From Armatimonadota bacterium (lineage in GTDB: Bacteria > Armatimonadota > SYMT01), in the NCBI GenBank assembly GCA_041690135.1, contig JAWLHY010000001.1, forward strand, positions 512,001 through 576,000: 64,000 nucleotides of DNA, in the 5' to 3' direction. The position numbers and the translations under genes are program-made. Under the pieces are notes generated by a model that was not told where the DNA came from, ran no database searches, and worked only from the letters and a program-made list of their open reading frames with translations. Shown here piece by piece: positions 20,885 through 29,805 of this stretch. Position 1 is the stretch's first letter, and every line of letters begins with the position of its first letter.

Positions 20885-21013
20885 GTGGAACCATTCCTGA
20901 AAAGGCGCCAGTGGGCAGGTACCCTCGCAGTGGGTACCCGCTTCCAGCATCTCAATTACCGGACGGAGCAGTCCCACCTCCCGGTCATCCGCCGCTTCAA
21001 CGACTTCCACAGG
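20885..21013 (+). pseudogene. intI: integron integrase N-terminal remnant
   Basis: RFQHLNYRTEQSHLPVIRRFNDFH matches IntI N-terminal pattern ([24 protein letters not shown] in IntI1); divergent from cassettes; ends at TIR element. Confidence 0.7.
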
Positions 21014-21197
21014 CAAGGCGGTTCCGTTTCCCTGAATGCGCATCGTTCTGTCGCCCCTTCGGGGCTTTTCTGTGCGGGGGTCAGGTCCGGATGCTTGCCC
21101 CCCCCCCGCGCGGGCACCCGTCTCTCTCCGCCCCTTCCCTACGGACGCATGCGCCGGGGCTGCGAAACTGGTTCTTGCCGGAAACTGAACCGCCCTG
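21014..21197. mobile_element. MITE-like element with 17-bp TIRs and internal REP-like palindromes, copy 1
   Basis: caaggcggttccgtttc ... gaaactgaaccgccctg; internal gccccttcggggc; homologous to 34713-34867. Confidence 0.7.
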
Positions 21198-21520
21198 GTT
21201 CCACGGGGCGTGCGTACCCGCGTGACCGTCCGCCAACGGCGGCAGCGCGTGCCGGAGGGGTTTCCACCCCTTGCGCACCGCGACAGTCAGGCCCTGGAGT
21301 TCCGCCAGCGTGAACGCACCGTACGGGGTGGGTGAGAGGGTCGTGGACGGACTCCCTCTGTCCCCCTTTGCGGCCCTTTGCGCCCCTTAGCGTCTTCGCG
21401 GTGCTCTGCCGGTGCAGGAAAAACGCACCTGGCGGAGTAGCTTAGGTACGGGGGCTCCTGCTTCCCGCCCATCATTCCGTGGCAACGGCAGGCCGAGCCA
21501 CTCCCGGACATCGAGTGAGC

Positions 21521-24019
21521 ATGCTGTTTCTTCGTAGCCTCCGCTTCAGCGACCCGCGCACGGCGTGGCTTTGCCGGTCGATGCCGCTCGTGCTGGTGGC
21601 CGGCGGACTGATCGGAGCGGCCCGCGCGAGCGGCGGGGCCACCGAACGTGCGCCCTCCCGGCCCGCTCCCGCCCGCAAGGCGCCGCGAAGGAACACGCCC
21701 GCGCCGGCTGCCCCGCGCCCGGCGCAGCCCGGTTTGGACCCCGCTGTGCTGGCGCGGTTCACCGGGCAGTACTGTCTCGGCTGCCACCGTAAGCCCAACA
21801 GCGCCGCGGGACTGGAGCTCGGCCTCCTGATTGGGCAGCCGGTCGCCCGGCATCCGGAGGCGTGGGAGAAAGTGGTCCGGAAGCTCCGCGCGCGTCAGAT
21901 GCCTCCGGTCGATCACCAGCGTCCGGACGAGCGCACCTATGAAACGGTGGCCGCGGGGCTGGAAGCCGCGCTGGACCGGGCCGCAGCGGCTCGTCCCGAC
22001 CCGGGCCGCACCGAAACGTTCCGGCGGTTGAACGCCACCGAATACCAGAATGCCATCCGCGATCTCCTGGCGCTGGAGATCGATGCCGCGGCGCTGCTGC
22101 CGCCCGAGCCGTCCAGCAACCGTTTCGATAACGTGACGGTCAGCGACCTCTCGCCCACGCTGCTGGACCGCTACCTCTCCGCGGCCCAGAAGATCAGCCG
22201 CATGGCGGTGGGACTGCCGGCGCGCTCCCCGGGCGGCGACACGATTCGGCTTCCGGCGGACCGCACACAGGAGGAGCACGTGCCCGGACTGCCGCTCGGC
22301 ACCCGCGGCGGGGCGCTCATTCCGTACACGTTCCCGGTAACGGGCGAGTACGAGATCTCCGTCCGGCTCAGTCGCGACCGCAACGAAGAGGTCGAAGGGT
22401 TGAAGGAGACGCACGAGCTGGAGCTGCTGCTGGATCGCGAGCGGATCGGGCTGTTCACCGTCCGTCCCCCGCAAGGCAGCGAGGGTCACGCGCAGGTCGA
22501 CCGGCATCTCAAGCAGCGACTCACGGTAACCGCCGGCCCGCACCGGCTGGGGGTGACCTTCTTGAAGAAGCCGTCTGCGCTGCTCGAAACCAAACGCCAG
22601 CCCTATCAGGCGCACTTCAACCTGCACCGGCACCCGCGCCTCTCACCGGCGGTCTATCAGGTCTCGATCACCGGGCCGTTCGGAAAGAACGTGCCCGGCG
22701 ATACGCCCAGTCGCCGCCGGATCTTCTCGGAAGCTGGGAAACCGGCGACCAGGAAGGCGATCGGCAAACCCGCCGAAGAGGAGCAGGCCCGGCAGATCCT
22801 CTCCCGCCTGATGCGGCGCGCGTACCGGCGACCCGTTACCCCGGAGGACCTGCAGACCCCGATGCGGTTCTTCCGCGAGGCACGCGCCGGAGGTCCATTC
22901 GAAGGCGCGATTGAAAGCGCGCTCAGTGCGATCCTCGTCTCCCCGAACTTTCTGTTCCATATCGAGCGCGATCCGCCGGAGGTGGCGCCGAGGACCGCCT
23001 ATCGCATCAGCGACGTGGAGCTGGCTTCCCGGCTGTCGTTCTTCCTCTGGAGCAGCCTGCCGGACGACACGCTGCTCGATCTGGCGGAACGGAAGCAGCT
23101 CAGCCGACCGGAGGTGCTGAACGCCCAGGTGCGCCGGATGCTGGCCGATCCACGTGCGAGCGCACTCGCCACGAACTTCGCCGCGCAGTGGCTGCACCTG
23201 CGGAACCTGGATTCGGCGACCCCGGACCTGCGGGCGTTTCCCGACTTCGACGATAACCTGCGGCAGGCGTTTCGCCGAGAGACGGAGCTCTTTTTCGAGA
23301 GCATCCTGCGCGAGGACCGCAGTGTGCTCGAACTGCTGACCGCGGACTACACCTACCTCAACGAGCGCCTGGCGAAGCACTACGGCATTCCGCATATCTA
23401 CGGCAGCCGCTTCCGCCGTGTCCCGCTGGCGGGGGAGCGCAAACGCGGCGGGCTGCTGCGACACGGAAGCATCCTGACGGTTACGTCCTACGCCACCCGC
23501 ACCTCGCCGGTGCTGCGCGGCAAGTGGGTCCTCGAAAACCTGCTCGGCATGCCGCCGCCCCCGCCGCCCGCGAACGTGCCGGCGCTGAAAGACAATACCG
23601 TGGCGGCCAATCTCACGGTACGCGAGCGGCTTGCGGCCCATCGCGCGAACCCCGCGTGCAAGAGCTGCCACGACGTGATCGATCCGATTGGCTTCTCGCT
23701 GGAGCAGTTCGATGCGATCGGACGCTGGCGCGAGGTTGAAGAGGGTCGCCCGATCGATGCGAGCGGCGGTCTTCCGGACGGCAGCCGGTTCGAAGGAGTG
23801 GCCGGGCTGGAACAGGCGCTGCGGAAGCGGCCCGAGCTGATCGCGCGTGCGCTCGCGGAGAACCTTCTGATGTACGGAGTGGGGCGCGTCGTCGACGAAC
23901 GGGACGCGCCCGCGATCCGGGAGGTCGTTCGCCACGCGAAGAAGGACGATTACCGGTTCTCGTCAGTGGTCATGGGGATCGTGAACAGCGTGCCGTTCTG
24001 CATGCGGAGAACGCCCTAA
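21521..24019 (+). CDS. DUF1587/1592/1595/1588/1585 multidomain protein with CxxCH motifs
   Basis: CLGCH, RRLNATEYQNAIRDLL, ELASRLSFFLWSS, TSPVLRGKW, CKSCH. Confidence 0.92.
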   Translation: MLFLRSLRFSDPRTAWLCRSMPLVLVAGGLIGAARASGGATERAPSRPAPARKAPRRNTPAPAAPRPAQPGLDPAVLARFTGQYCLGCHRKPNSAAGLELGLLIGQPVARHPEAWEKVVRKLRARQMPPVDHQRPDERTYETVAAGLEAALDRAAAARPDPGRTETFRRLNATEYQNAIRDLLALEIDAAALLPPEPSSNRFDNVTVSDLSPTLLDRYLSAAQKISRMAVGLPARSPGGDTIRLPADRTQEEHVPGLPLGTRGGALIPYTFPVTGEYEISVRLSRDRNEEVEGLKETHELELLLDRERIGLFTVRPPQGSEGHAQVDRHLKQRLTVTAGPHRLGVTFLKKPSALLETKRQPYQAHFNLHRHPRLSPAVYQVSITGPFGKNVPGDTPSRRRIFSEAGKPATRKAIGKPAEEEQARQILSRLMRRAYRRPVTPEDLQTPMRFFREARAGGPFEGAIESALSAILVSPNFLFHIERDPPEVAPRTAYRISDVELASRLSFFLWSSLPDDTLLDLAERKQLSRPEVLNAQVRRMLADPRASALATNFAAQWLHLRNLDSATPDLRAFPDFDDNLRQAFRRETELFFESILREDRSVLELLTADYTYLNERLAKHYGIPHIYGSRFRRVPLAGERKRGGLLRHGSILTVTSYATRTSPVLRGKWVLENLLGMPPPPPPANVPALKDNTVAANLTVRERLAAHRANPACKSCHDVIDPIGFSLEQFDAIGRWREVEEGRPIDASGGLPDGSRFEGVAGLEQALRKRPELIARALAENLLMYGVGRVVDERDAPAIREVVRHAKKDDYRFSSVVMGIVNSVPFCMRRTP

Positions 24020-24044
24020 CCAGGCACTGCCAGGCGCGCAGGCG

Positions 24045-24097
24045 GCGTTACGCCAGGCTCAGCCGTCCATACGGATCGGGCGCAGAGAATGTTAGAA
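24045..24097 (-). repeat. attC (distal, degenerate)
   Basis: gcgttacgccaggctcagccgtccatacggatcgggcgcagagaatgttagaa. Confidence 0.7.
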
Positions 24098-24102
24098 TCC
24101 GT

Positions 24103-24810
24103 TCAGCGCCTGCCTTCTATCCTCGCGAGATACATGGTAACCTCACGCACCACTTCCCCGGGGTTCGATGGGTCGTAGACTCCTGGGCTGATGGCGTCCG
24201 GGTCACCCGCTGACCACAGCCGAGACACTACCCGGTCCGAACTGGCTGCCCTTGGGGAGTAGGTGCGTATCCAAAGGCTCCCGTAGCCGGGGACAACCCA
24301 GGTCTCATACAGCCTCTTTGCCGTTGCGAAGAGCCGGTCCAGGTCCTGGCCGGTATTCAGGACGATGAAGGTACTTCCATACAACTCGGTCTCCCGGAGT
24401 TGCTCAACCTGAAGAAAGTCAGCCCGAAGCTGCTGCTCCTGAATGCCACGGAGGAGCGCCTCGCATAGCATCTGATCTTCCACCGCCACGATATTGCGGC
24501 TTCGCCCCATCTTCTCCAGATAATCCTGCCAGGCGTCCGGTGGCGGCGGCCACCGCTTCAGGTACGCATCCCGCTCCGTATCACGCTGCTGCCGCCAGAA
24601 GGGGAGGTACACATCACGCAGCCAAGCCTTGTAGATCCCCTGTCTGGACGGCCAGGGTTCCGCAACGGGCGACCAAGGTTTTATCTCGGGAAAGGTAACC
24701 CAAGGCGGGTGAGCTTCGGCCCCCTCCTGGTAGGCTCGGAGCTGTAGGGCGTACCATTCTTCCCATTCGGAAGGGCGTCCTCTCCAGGGCCATTGAAACG
24801 AGAATCGCAT
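24103..24810 (-). CDS. cassette: Trp/Pro-rich hypothetical protein
   Basis: PPW..FP..RQG..W..FW motif; GGAG RBS; flanked by attC. Confidence 0.7.
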   Translation of the reverse strand: MRFSFQWPWRGRPSEWEEWYALQLRAYQEGAEAHPPWVTFPEIKPWSPVAEPWPSRQGIYKAWLRDVYLPFWRQQRDTERDAYLKRWPPPPDAWQDYLEKMGRSRNIVAVEDQMLCEALLRGIQEQQLRADFLQVEQLRETELYGSTFIVLNTGQDLDRLFATAKRLYETWVVPGYGSLWIRTYSPRAASSDRVVSRLWSAGDPDAISPGVYDPSNPGEVVREVTMYLARIEGRR

Positions 24811-24838
24811 GGCGAACTCCAGGAGGGCATTCGAAGCG

Positions 24839-24891
24839 GTCTAACGCCAAGCCCACCCGTCCGTACGGATCGGGTGCAGCAACTGTTAGGC
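24839..24891 (-). repeat. attC
   Basis: gtctaacgccaagcccacccgtccgtacggatcgggtgcagcaactgttaggc. Confidence 0.92.
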
Positions 24892-24964
24892 TGCCCCGTT
24901 CAGCAGTATGGGTTGAGACATCCGCCTCGTTCTGGGTCGCCGTGCCTCGTGGTAGAATAAGGCC

Positions 24965-25204
24965 ATGACTACCTTCACAGTCCAGGAGATCCAGCTCGAT
25001 CCACGCAATTTCCTGCGTCGCCTCAAAGCGGGAGAGGCATTGGTAGTGGTTGAAGGGGAGCGCGTCCTGGCGCAGGTCCAGCCACTCGCGCCCGCAAGGA
25101 GTGCTTTGCGTCCTTACGGCCTTTGCGCCGGGCAGTTCACCGTCCCGCCGGAGTTTAATCAGGCACTCCCCTCCGGTATCCTGCAGGAACTCGAAGGGAG
25201 TTGA
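24965..25204 (+). CDS. cassette (inverted): Phd/YefM-like antitoxin
   Basis: MTTFTVQEI..FLRRLKAGEALVV..RPYGLCAGQFTVPPEFNQAL; own extended -10 (TGgTAGAAT). Confidence 0.75.
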   Translation: MTTFTVQEIQLDPRNFLRRLKAGEALVVVEGERVLAQVQPLAPARSALRPYGLCAGQFTVPPEFNQALPSGILQELEGS

Positions 25205-25230
25205 GACTGCTGCTGCAGGACCTGTTAGAC
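25201..25230 (+). pseudogene. truncated VapC-like toxin start fused to a half attC
   Basis: TTGA overlap, MRLLL, then gcaggacctgttagac (attC arm). Confidence 0.55.
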
Positions 25231-25680
25231 CGCACCCCGGACTTGTCGCCAACCTTCGTGAGTGGGATACCGGCCCACTTCCCGCAGCGTGTCCCGTTCC
25301 AGTAAGCGCTCGCCCGCATTGATTCCAAAGATCCGCACCGTGGCCTCGCCAATTTCCGTGAGCGGAATGATGGTGATGCCATCCACACCCAGGCGGAAAT
25401 GCTCACTCCATTGGTCGGTTCGCGGGTTGAAGAAACGTACCAACCGGTCGGATCCAGGCACCACCGAGGCGATATCACTGCCCTTATTTCGGTTGTAGAA
25501 GAGACAAGCTAGCGCGAGATTTGCCGCTGATGTCGGTCCGCCATGCTTCTCGCTAATGATGTGGTCCACCTCGCAGCCAAAGAAGGTGTCTTCCTCGTGG
25601 ATCAAGCAGTATTCGCACAACCGCTCGGCCCGTGCGAAGGCGAGGCGCCGGAGCTCCGCGCTGATGTAGGAGGTGCTCAC
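25225..25680 (-). CDS. cassette: HNH endonuclease
   Basis: CEYC..EVDHII..HGG..NLALAC..NRNKGS, FNPR..W.EHF. Confidence 0.9.
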   Translation of the reverse strand: MSTSYISAELRRLAFARAERLCEYCLIHEEDTFFGCEVDHIISEKHGGPTSAANLALACLFYNRNKGSDIASVVPGSDRLVRFFNPRTDQWSEHFRLGVDGITIIPLTEIGEATVRIFGINAGERLLERDTLREVGRYPTHEGWRQVRGAV

Positions 25681-25685
25681 GAGAT

Positions 25686-25928
25686 CTACTCAGCAGTCAA
25701 GTGCCGCCGCGCCCGAGCCTTTGCCAACCGCATGAGGTGTTCCAGGTGAAGAGCGCTCTGCAACTCCGAGCTCTCTTCCGGCGCCAATCCTGTGGTCTTC
25801 TCTCGGGCCAACAGCTCCGCCACCCGACTACGTGCCGCTTCCGAAGGACGATAATCGGCGATCTCGCGTGGACTCGTTCCTGCACCTAGAAACTCAATGG
25901 TCTCTTCATAGGCTCGTGTTACTGCCAT
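25686..25928 (-). CDS. small helical partner upstream of HNH
   Basis: GAGG RBS, TATACT -10 upstream, 5 bp from HNH. Confidence 0.75.
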   Translation of the reverse strand: MAVTRAYEETIEFLGAGTSPREIADYRPSEAARSRVAELLAREKTTGLAPEESSELQSALHLEHLMRLAKARARRHLTAE

Positions 25929-26002
25929 GGCTGGTCCTCCACGCCCAGTATACCGAAATCTGCACCGATGACGGGTCGCCGCAAGCGCAGGGCCTCCGCT
26001 TG

Positions 26003-26077
26003 GCCGTTGAACACCGCCAACTCGGTGTAGCCTTTTGACTTCTGGATCGCGTCCGGGACCGCAACGTCTTCTGCCAT
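26003..26077 (-). pseudogene. truncated paralogue of Clp-N cassette
   Basis: MAEDVAVPDAIQKSKGYTELA vs MPEDVAVPETIQKSKGFTELA at 27564. Confidence 0.8.
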
Positions 26078-26105
26078 CGTCCTTCCTCTACCCACTGCCG
26101 GAGCA

Positions 26106-26193
26106 GCCTGACCCCACGCTCACCCGCCGGCGGGCTCTGCCTTCCTCATCACGGAGTCGCCCGTCACGCCTTTGGGTGCGGCGACTGGGACGC
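26106..26193 (-). repeat. attC (long, degenerate)
   Basis: gcctgaccccacgctcacccg ... gggtgcggcgactg. Confidence 0.6.
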
Positions 26194-26224
26194 TGGACAG
26201 GTGCACCGGCTGCTAAGCTGGTAT

Positions 26225-26689
26225 TCAGTTGCTCCCGAACTTCCACCAGGGCCGACGGCCACTCACTTCCTTGACCTCTGCGGGTTCAGCATCGGTCTCG
26301 TAGAGCCGTAGTTTGAGCTGGTCGGATGCCCACGCCATTTCTGCGTCCAGATCCAGGAAGACGCGGTCGCGCCGCTCGCCGTCGAGACCTGACGCGACCC
26401 ATGAGAACACCCCGCGCAACTGCTGGGTGCCCTCATCAGACGATACCTGCAGTTCAAAGGACGTTGCCAGACCGGCACGGGTGACGATGATCTTATCCGG
26501 AGCTTCTTTGGATCTGCGTCCGCCGGTGAGAAAGTCCGGCTCTGGAGCCAGGCGCAGCCAATCGAGACGAGCGGAGGGCGTCTGCGCGCGGAGTAAGCCC
26601 TCGATCTCCCGTCTCACTGCCTGGCTCGGATCATCTCCCAACCAACCCAGCCAGTGATCCCTGGTTGTGAGTGCTGTGAAATCGTCCAT
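26225..26689 (-). CDS. cassette: hypothetical protein
   Basis: 154-aa ORF ending RRPWWKF, between attC sites. Confidence 0.7.
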   Translation of the reverse strand: MDDFTALTTRDHWLGWLGDDPSQAVRREIEGLLRAQTPSARLDWLRLAPEPDFLTGGRRSKEAPDKIIVTRAGLATSFELQVSSDEGTQQLRGVFSWVASGLDGERRDRVFLDLDAEMAWASDQLKLRLYETDAEPAEVKEVSGRRPWWKFGSN

Positions 26690-26723
26690 TGCAAAGGCCA
26701 GCTCCCGGCTAATGCCAGCTCCC

Positions 26724-26776
26724 GGCTAATGCCAGCCTCACCCGTCCCTTAGGATCGGGTATTGCGCCTGTCAGGC
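26724..26776 (-). repeat. attC with 17-bp tandem duplication at its end
   Basis: (gccagctcccggctaat)x2 then gccagcctcacccg...atcgggtattgcgcctgtcaggc. Confidence 0.7.
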
Positions 26777-26801
26777 CGTGATCACCAGTCCGCGCACCAA
26801 C

Positions 26802-27002
26802 CTAATGACCATTCACCCCATATAGAACCGAGCGAACAGTGATGTAACACCCGAGCCAGAACGCCAGTTTGAGAAGCACACTCGGAGGATTCGTCAGTGT
26901 CGAACCGATCAACACCATTGTGATCCCCAGACAAAACCAGACGCCTGTCGGTAGGTATCTCAACCACCGGCCCTTCAATGGCCAACTGTCTCTGAGGTTC
27001 AT
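26802..27002 (-). CDS. cassette: small 2-TM protein
   Basis: MNLRDSWPLKGRWLRYL + two hydrophobic segments. Confidence 0.55.
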   Translation of the reverse strand: MNLRDSWPLKGRWLRYLPTGVWFCLGITMVLIGSTLTNPPSVLLKLAFWLGCYITVRSVLYGVNGH

Positions 27003-27020
27003 GATGGTTCTCTCGCTGCG

Positions 27021-27073
27021 GCCGAACGCCAGGCTCACCTTTTCCTACGGATCGGGTGCAGCACCTGTTAGGA
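27021..27073 (-). repeat. attC
   Basis: gccgaacgccaggctcacc...cggatcgggtgcagcacctgttagga. Confidence 0.8.
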
Positions 27074-27081
27074 CACCTCGT

Positions 27082-27564
27082 TTACGCCAGTGGATTCTCT
27101 GCGATGATGCTGCGCACCAGGTCAGGTTGGACGCCGTGTTCGCGCAGCACTTCGGAAGCCAGGCTCTCTTGTAGGAGAAGGCCAAGCAGCAGATACGGGG
27201 TGCTGACGTAGGGACAGTCAAATCGGCGAGCTTCGTCGCGGGCAAATGCCAGCGCCTGTTCTGCGGCTGGCGTCAGCTTCTCCTGCTTGATTAACTCCAG
27301 ATCCCACGGTCCCGACCCGCGCTCGGCTCGCGCCAGGACTGCTTCTCGGATCGTCTCCGGTGTGACTCCGAGGCGTGCCAGGAGGTCCAGAGCCAGCACG
27401 TTCTCCCGAGGCTCCAACAACGCCAGCAAGATGTGCTCCGGTCCGATGGCCTGCTGTCGCAGTCGTATGGCCTTCCCCGGCGCATTGAGCACCGCGGCCA
27501 TTGCCAACTCGGTGAAGCCTTTCGACTTCTGGATCGTCTCCGGGACCGCAACGTCTTCTGGCAT
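27082..27564 (-). CDS. cassette: stand-alone Clp N-terminal (double Clp-N) domain protein
   Basis: IGPEHILLALL, LTPAAEQALAFARDEARRF, VSTPYLLLGLL. Confidence 0.85.
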   Translation of the reverse strand: MPEDVAVPETIQKSKGFTELAMAAVLNAPGKAIRLRQQAIGPEHILLALLEPRENVLALDLLARLGVTPETIREAVLARAERGSGPWDLELIKQEKLTPAAEQALAFARDEARRFDCPYVSTPYLLLGLLLQESLASEVLREHGVQPDLVRSIIAENPLA

Positions 27565-27580
27565 TGTCCTTTGTCCACCC

Positions 27581-27730
27581 ACTGTGGTTTTAAGCCCACG
27601 TCCTCTTGCGCGCCGCAATTCAGGATCCCGTCCAGATGAACCCAGGCCGGGCATCGGCTTGTAGTAGCGTGGCTTTAGCCCGGGTCCCCTCGCGATCAGC
27701 AATTCAGGATCCCGTCCAGGTGAACCCAAG
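27581..27730. repeat. two-unit direct repeat (84-bp spacing), REP-like
   Basis: gcaattcaggatcccgtccag(a/g)tgaaccca at 27615 and 27699; gtagcgtggctttagccc. Confidence 0.7.
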
Positions 27731-27772
27731 TCGACGTTATGAAGAACCAGGAAGCGCTTGTCCTATTCGGAG

Positions 27773-28414
27773 TCACTCACGCTTGGCGACTTCGATCCTG
27801 ATAAACTCCGGAAGATACGACGGCGTACAGTTCTTGGCCACGTGCTCGTCCTTGTAGAGCCCCAGTGCTTCCCCCAGCTGGATGCACCGGGATCGGAATT
27901 CAGGCTCGTGAACCCCAATCTGGCCGGCGCAGAAGTTCATGGCCCATTGAACTTCGGGCTCGGCATGAGCCATATCGCTTTCCAGGGAATCCAGCAGGTC
28001 TGCACTGTTTCCGGGAGGTGCTTGTCCGACCCAGCGCAGGCGCGCCTGGTGATACCAGAACCAGCGCCGCAGAATGGGGGAAGGGTTCTCTTCCCACGTC
28101 GCGATCAGGGAGACCAGTTTCTTATCTTTGGTGAGCTGGTTTGCCAGCAGCCAGTCGGCCAGTTGGGTGCGCTCTTGCGGGTCATGCTGGAGCATATCCG
28201 CAGCCAGCCGATCGATGACGCTTTCTGCGAGGAGCTTCTTGTCGAAGATGAGGGTCGCCAGAAGGCGAGGGGTGTATTCCCCCGTGGACCAGAGCTCCAT
28301 TGCCAGATCGTGGTCTTTCTTGATCTCGGCGCCACGCTTTTTGAGGTCGCCCAGCTTCGGGTTGCCCTGGGTGATCTCGGCGACAAGCTCTTTTGCTCTT
28401 GCCGATAAAGGCAT
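27773..28414 (-). CDS. DNA alkylation repair enzyme family (AlkD-like HEAT)
   Basis: KLGDLKK..EIKKDHDLAMELWSTG, VQWAMNF..IG, CTPSYLPEFI. Confidence 0.8.
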   Translation of the reverse strand: MPLSARAKELVAEITQGNPKLGDLKKRGAEIKKDHDLAMELWSTGEYTPRLLATLIFDKKLLAESVIDRLAADMLQHDPQERTQLADWLLANQLTKDKKLVSLIATWEENPSPILRRWFWYHQARLRWVGQAPPGNSADLLDSLESDMAHAEPEVQWAMNFCAGQIGVHEPEFRSRCIQLGEALGLYKDEHVAKNCTPSYLPEFIRIEVAKRE

Positions 28415-28438
28415 TTAGTCTCTCTCCCTCTACGAACT

Positions 28439-29119
28439 TCAGAGTACGAAGTCGCCCTCGTCCAGGTCGTAGGACTGTACCACCCTCGCCCCCTCCAGCA
28501 CCCCGGGGCCGCCGATCAACTCGGTCAACCCTCCGGCCGCCAGCACGCGATCTTTGTGCATCAGGACGCCCAGGCCGTGGTCCCGGTCCCACCCGGTCTG
28601 GAACTCGAACGAGCTGAACCCGCACTCGTCCAGACCACTGTCCGCCAGACCGATGCCCACGAGTTTGAACAGGTGGTCGACCGCCGCCAACTCCTCCATC
28701 GCCACCTGGCGCTCAACCACCTTCCAGTACTTCTGGTACTCCCTGACGTGCGGCAAGTCCTCATCGCGGAACTGCGCCAGCCGCTTCCTGTGCCAGGCGA
28801 ACAGCTTGCGGCGGAGAGCCGCCTCGATCGCGGCGGGGTGGGCGAGGATGAAGTCCCACGCGCGCTCCTGGAAGGCGCCAAACCCGGTTGGGCTGGCCGC
28901 GTACAGCGCGACCTCGATGTCGGAACTCGCGTCGCGGGCCGACGGGCAGCCCGGGTCGCCGCTCGGCCCGCGGGATTTACTGACCCTCAGCTTCGGATAC
29001 TCGGGGTACGGTGGGGCGACCGCCACCACCGCGTCTCGCAGCAGCGGCTTGGCCGTGCGCCAGAGCCGCCGACCGTCGAACTCAGGGTCGGGCTGGAAAG
29101 GGTCGAGAAACGTGTTCAT
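28439..29119 (-). CDS. cassette: hypothetical protein (DUF6985-like C-terminus)
   Basis: FEFQTGWDRDHGLGVLMHKDRV motif. Confidence 0.65.
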   Translation of the reverse strand: MNTFLDPFQPDPEFDGRRLWRTAKPLLRDAVVAVAPPYPEYPKLRVSKSRGPSGDPGCPSARDASSDIEVALYAASPTGFGAFQERAWDFILAHPAAIEAALRRKLFAWHRKRLAQFRDEDLPHVREYQKYWKVVERQVAMEELAAVDHLFKLVGIGLADSGLDECGFSSFEFQTGWDRDHGLGVLMHKDRVLAAGGLTELIGGPGVLEGARVVQSYDLDEGDFVL

Positions 29120-29142
29120 AAAACCGCGGCCCTTCCTCTGCC

Positions 29143-29230
29143 GCCGAACGCCCAGCTCACCCGCCGCGTGACCAGCCTCAGTTCAGCGGTAACCGCCGTC
29201 CGTGCGGATCGGGCGCAGCGACTGTTAGGC
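29143..29230 (-). repeat. attC (long class)
   Basis: gccgaacgcccagctcacccg ... atcgggcgcagcgactgttaggc. Confidence 0.88.
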
Positions 29231-29255
29231 CGACATCCCGCCACAACCAGCGGGC

Positions 29256-29537
29256 CTATGACGCCGCCGCGTCCACCCAGATTTCGGTGCCAATGGGCAC
29301 ATCGTCCTTGTTGAGCGAGCGAAAGCAGCAAGCCCACCTCCGCTCCTTAGGCGGCGGGATACTAAAGTCGTACTGGATCGACAATTGAGCCACCAGTGAA
29401 GTGCCGTCCGGCCTGTGCAGTTCCGCGGCCACCAGCGCCTCTCCAGGAAACTCATTCAAGAGTGGCCCGGGAACTACGACGAGGCCGCGGCCGGCTATAT
29501 GGAATCGATCCTCGACCGTGAGTAGCACTCGCTTCAT
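29256..29537 (-). CDS. cassette: small beta-barrel protein resembling EF-Tu domain II
   Basis: LLTVEDRFHIAGRGLVVVPG ... KDDVPIG. Confidence 0.6.
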   Translation of the reverse strand: MKRVLLTVEDRFHIAGRGLVVVPGPLLNEFPGEALVAAELHRPDGTSLVAQLSIQYDFSIPPPKERRWACCFRSLNKDDVPIGTEIWVDAAAS

Positions 29538-29557
29538 CGCTACCTGACCGAACTGCA

Positions 29558-29643
29558 GCCTAGCCGCAAGCTCACCCGCACCGCGACTCGCCCCTGCCCA
29601 ACGGTAGCCGCCGTCACGCCGTCGGGTGCGGTGACTGTTAGAT
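29558..29643 (-). repeat. attC (long class)
   Basis: gcctagccgcaagctcacccg ... tcgggtgcggtgactgttagat. Confidence 0.8.
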
Positions 29644-29805
29644 CGCTATTCGGTTCCCAGCGCACCCACTTGCCACAGCTCTACCAACGACCGAAGAGGC
29701 AGGCCACGTAACCGGGTTCCAACCACCACCGTCCGGGTCTCTAACTTGAAAGCTACCCTGCGGGGCCCAATTCCTTCACGGCATCCAGTTTGTCTGGTAT
29801 CGAGG

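Noticed and set aside
24013-24020. gccctaac at the DUF1592 stop as a secondary recombination site
   Set aside because: Imperfect short match that is likely by chance
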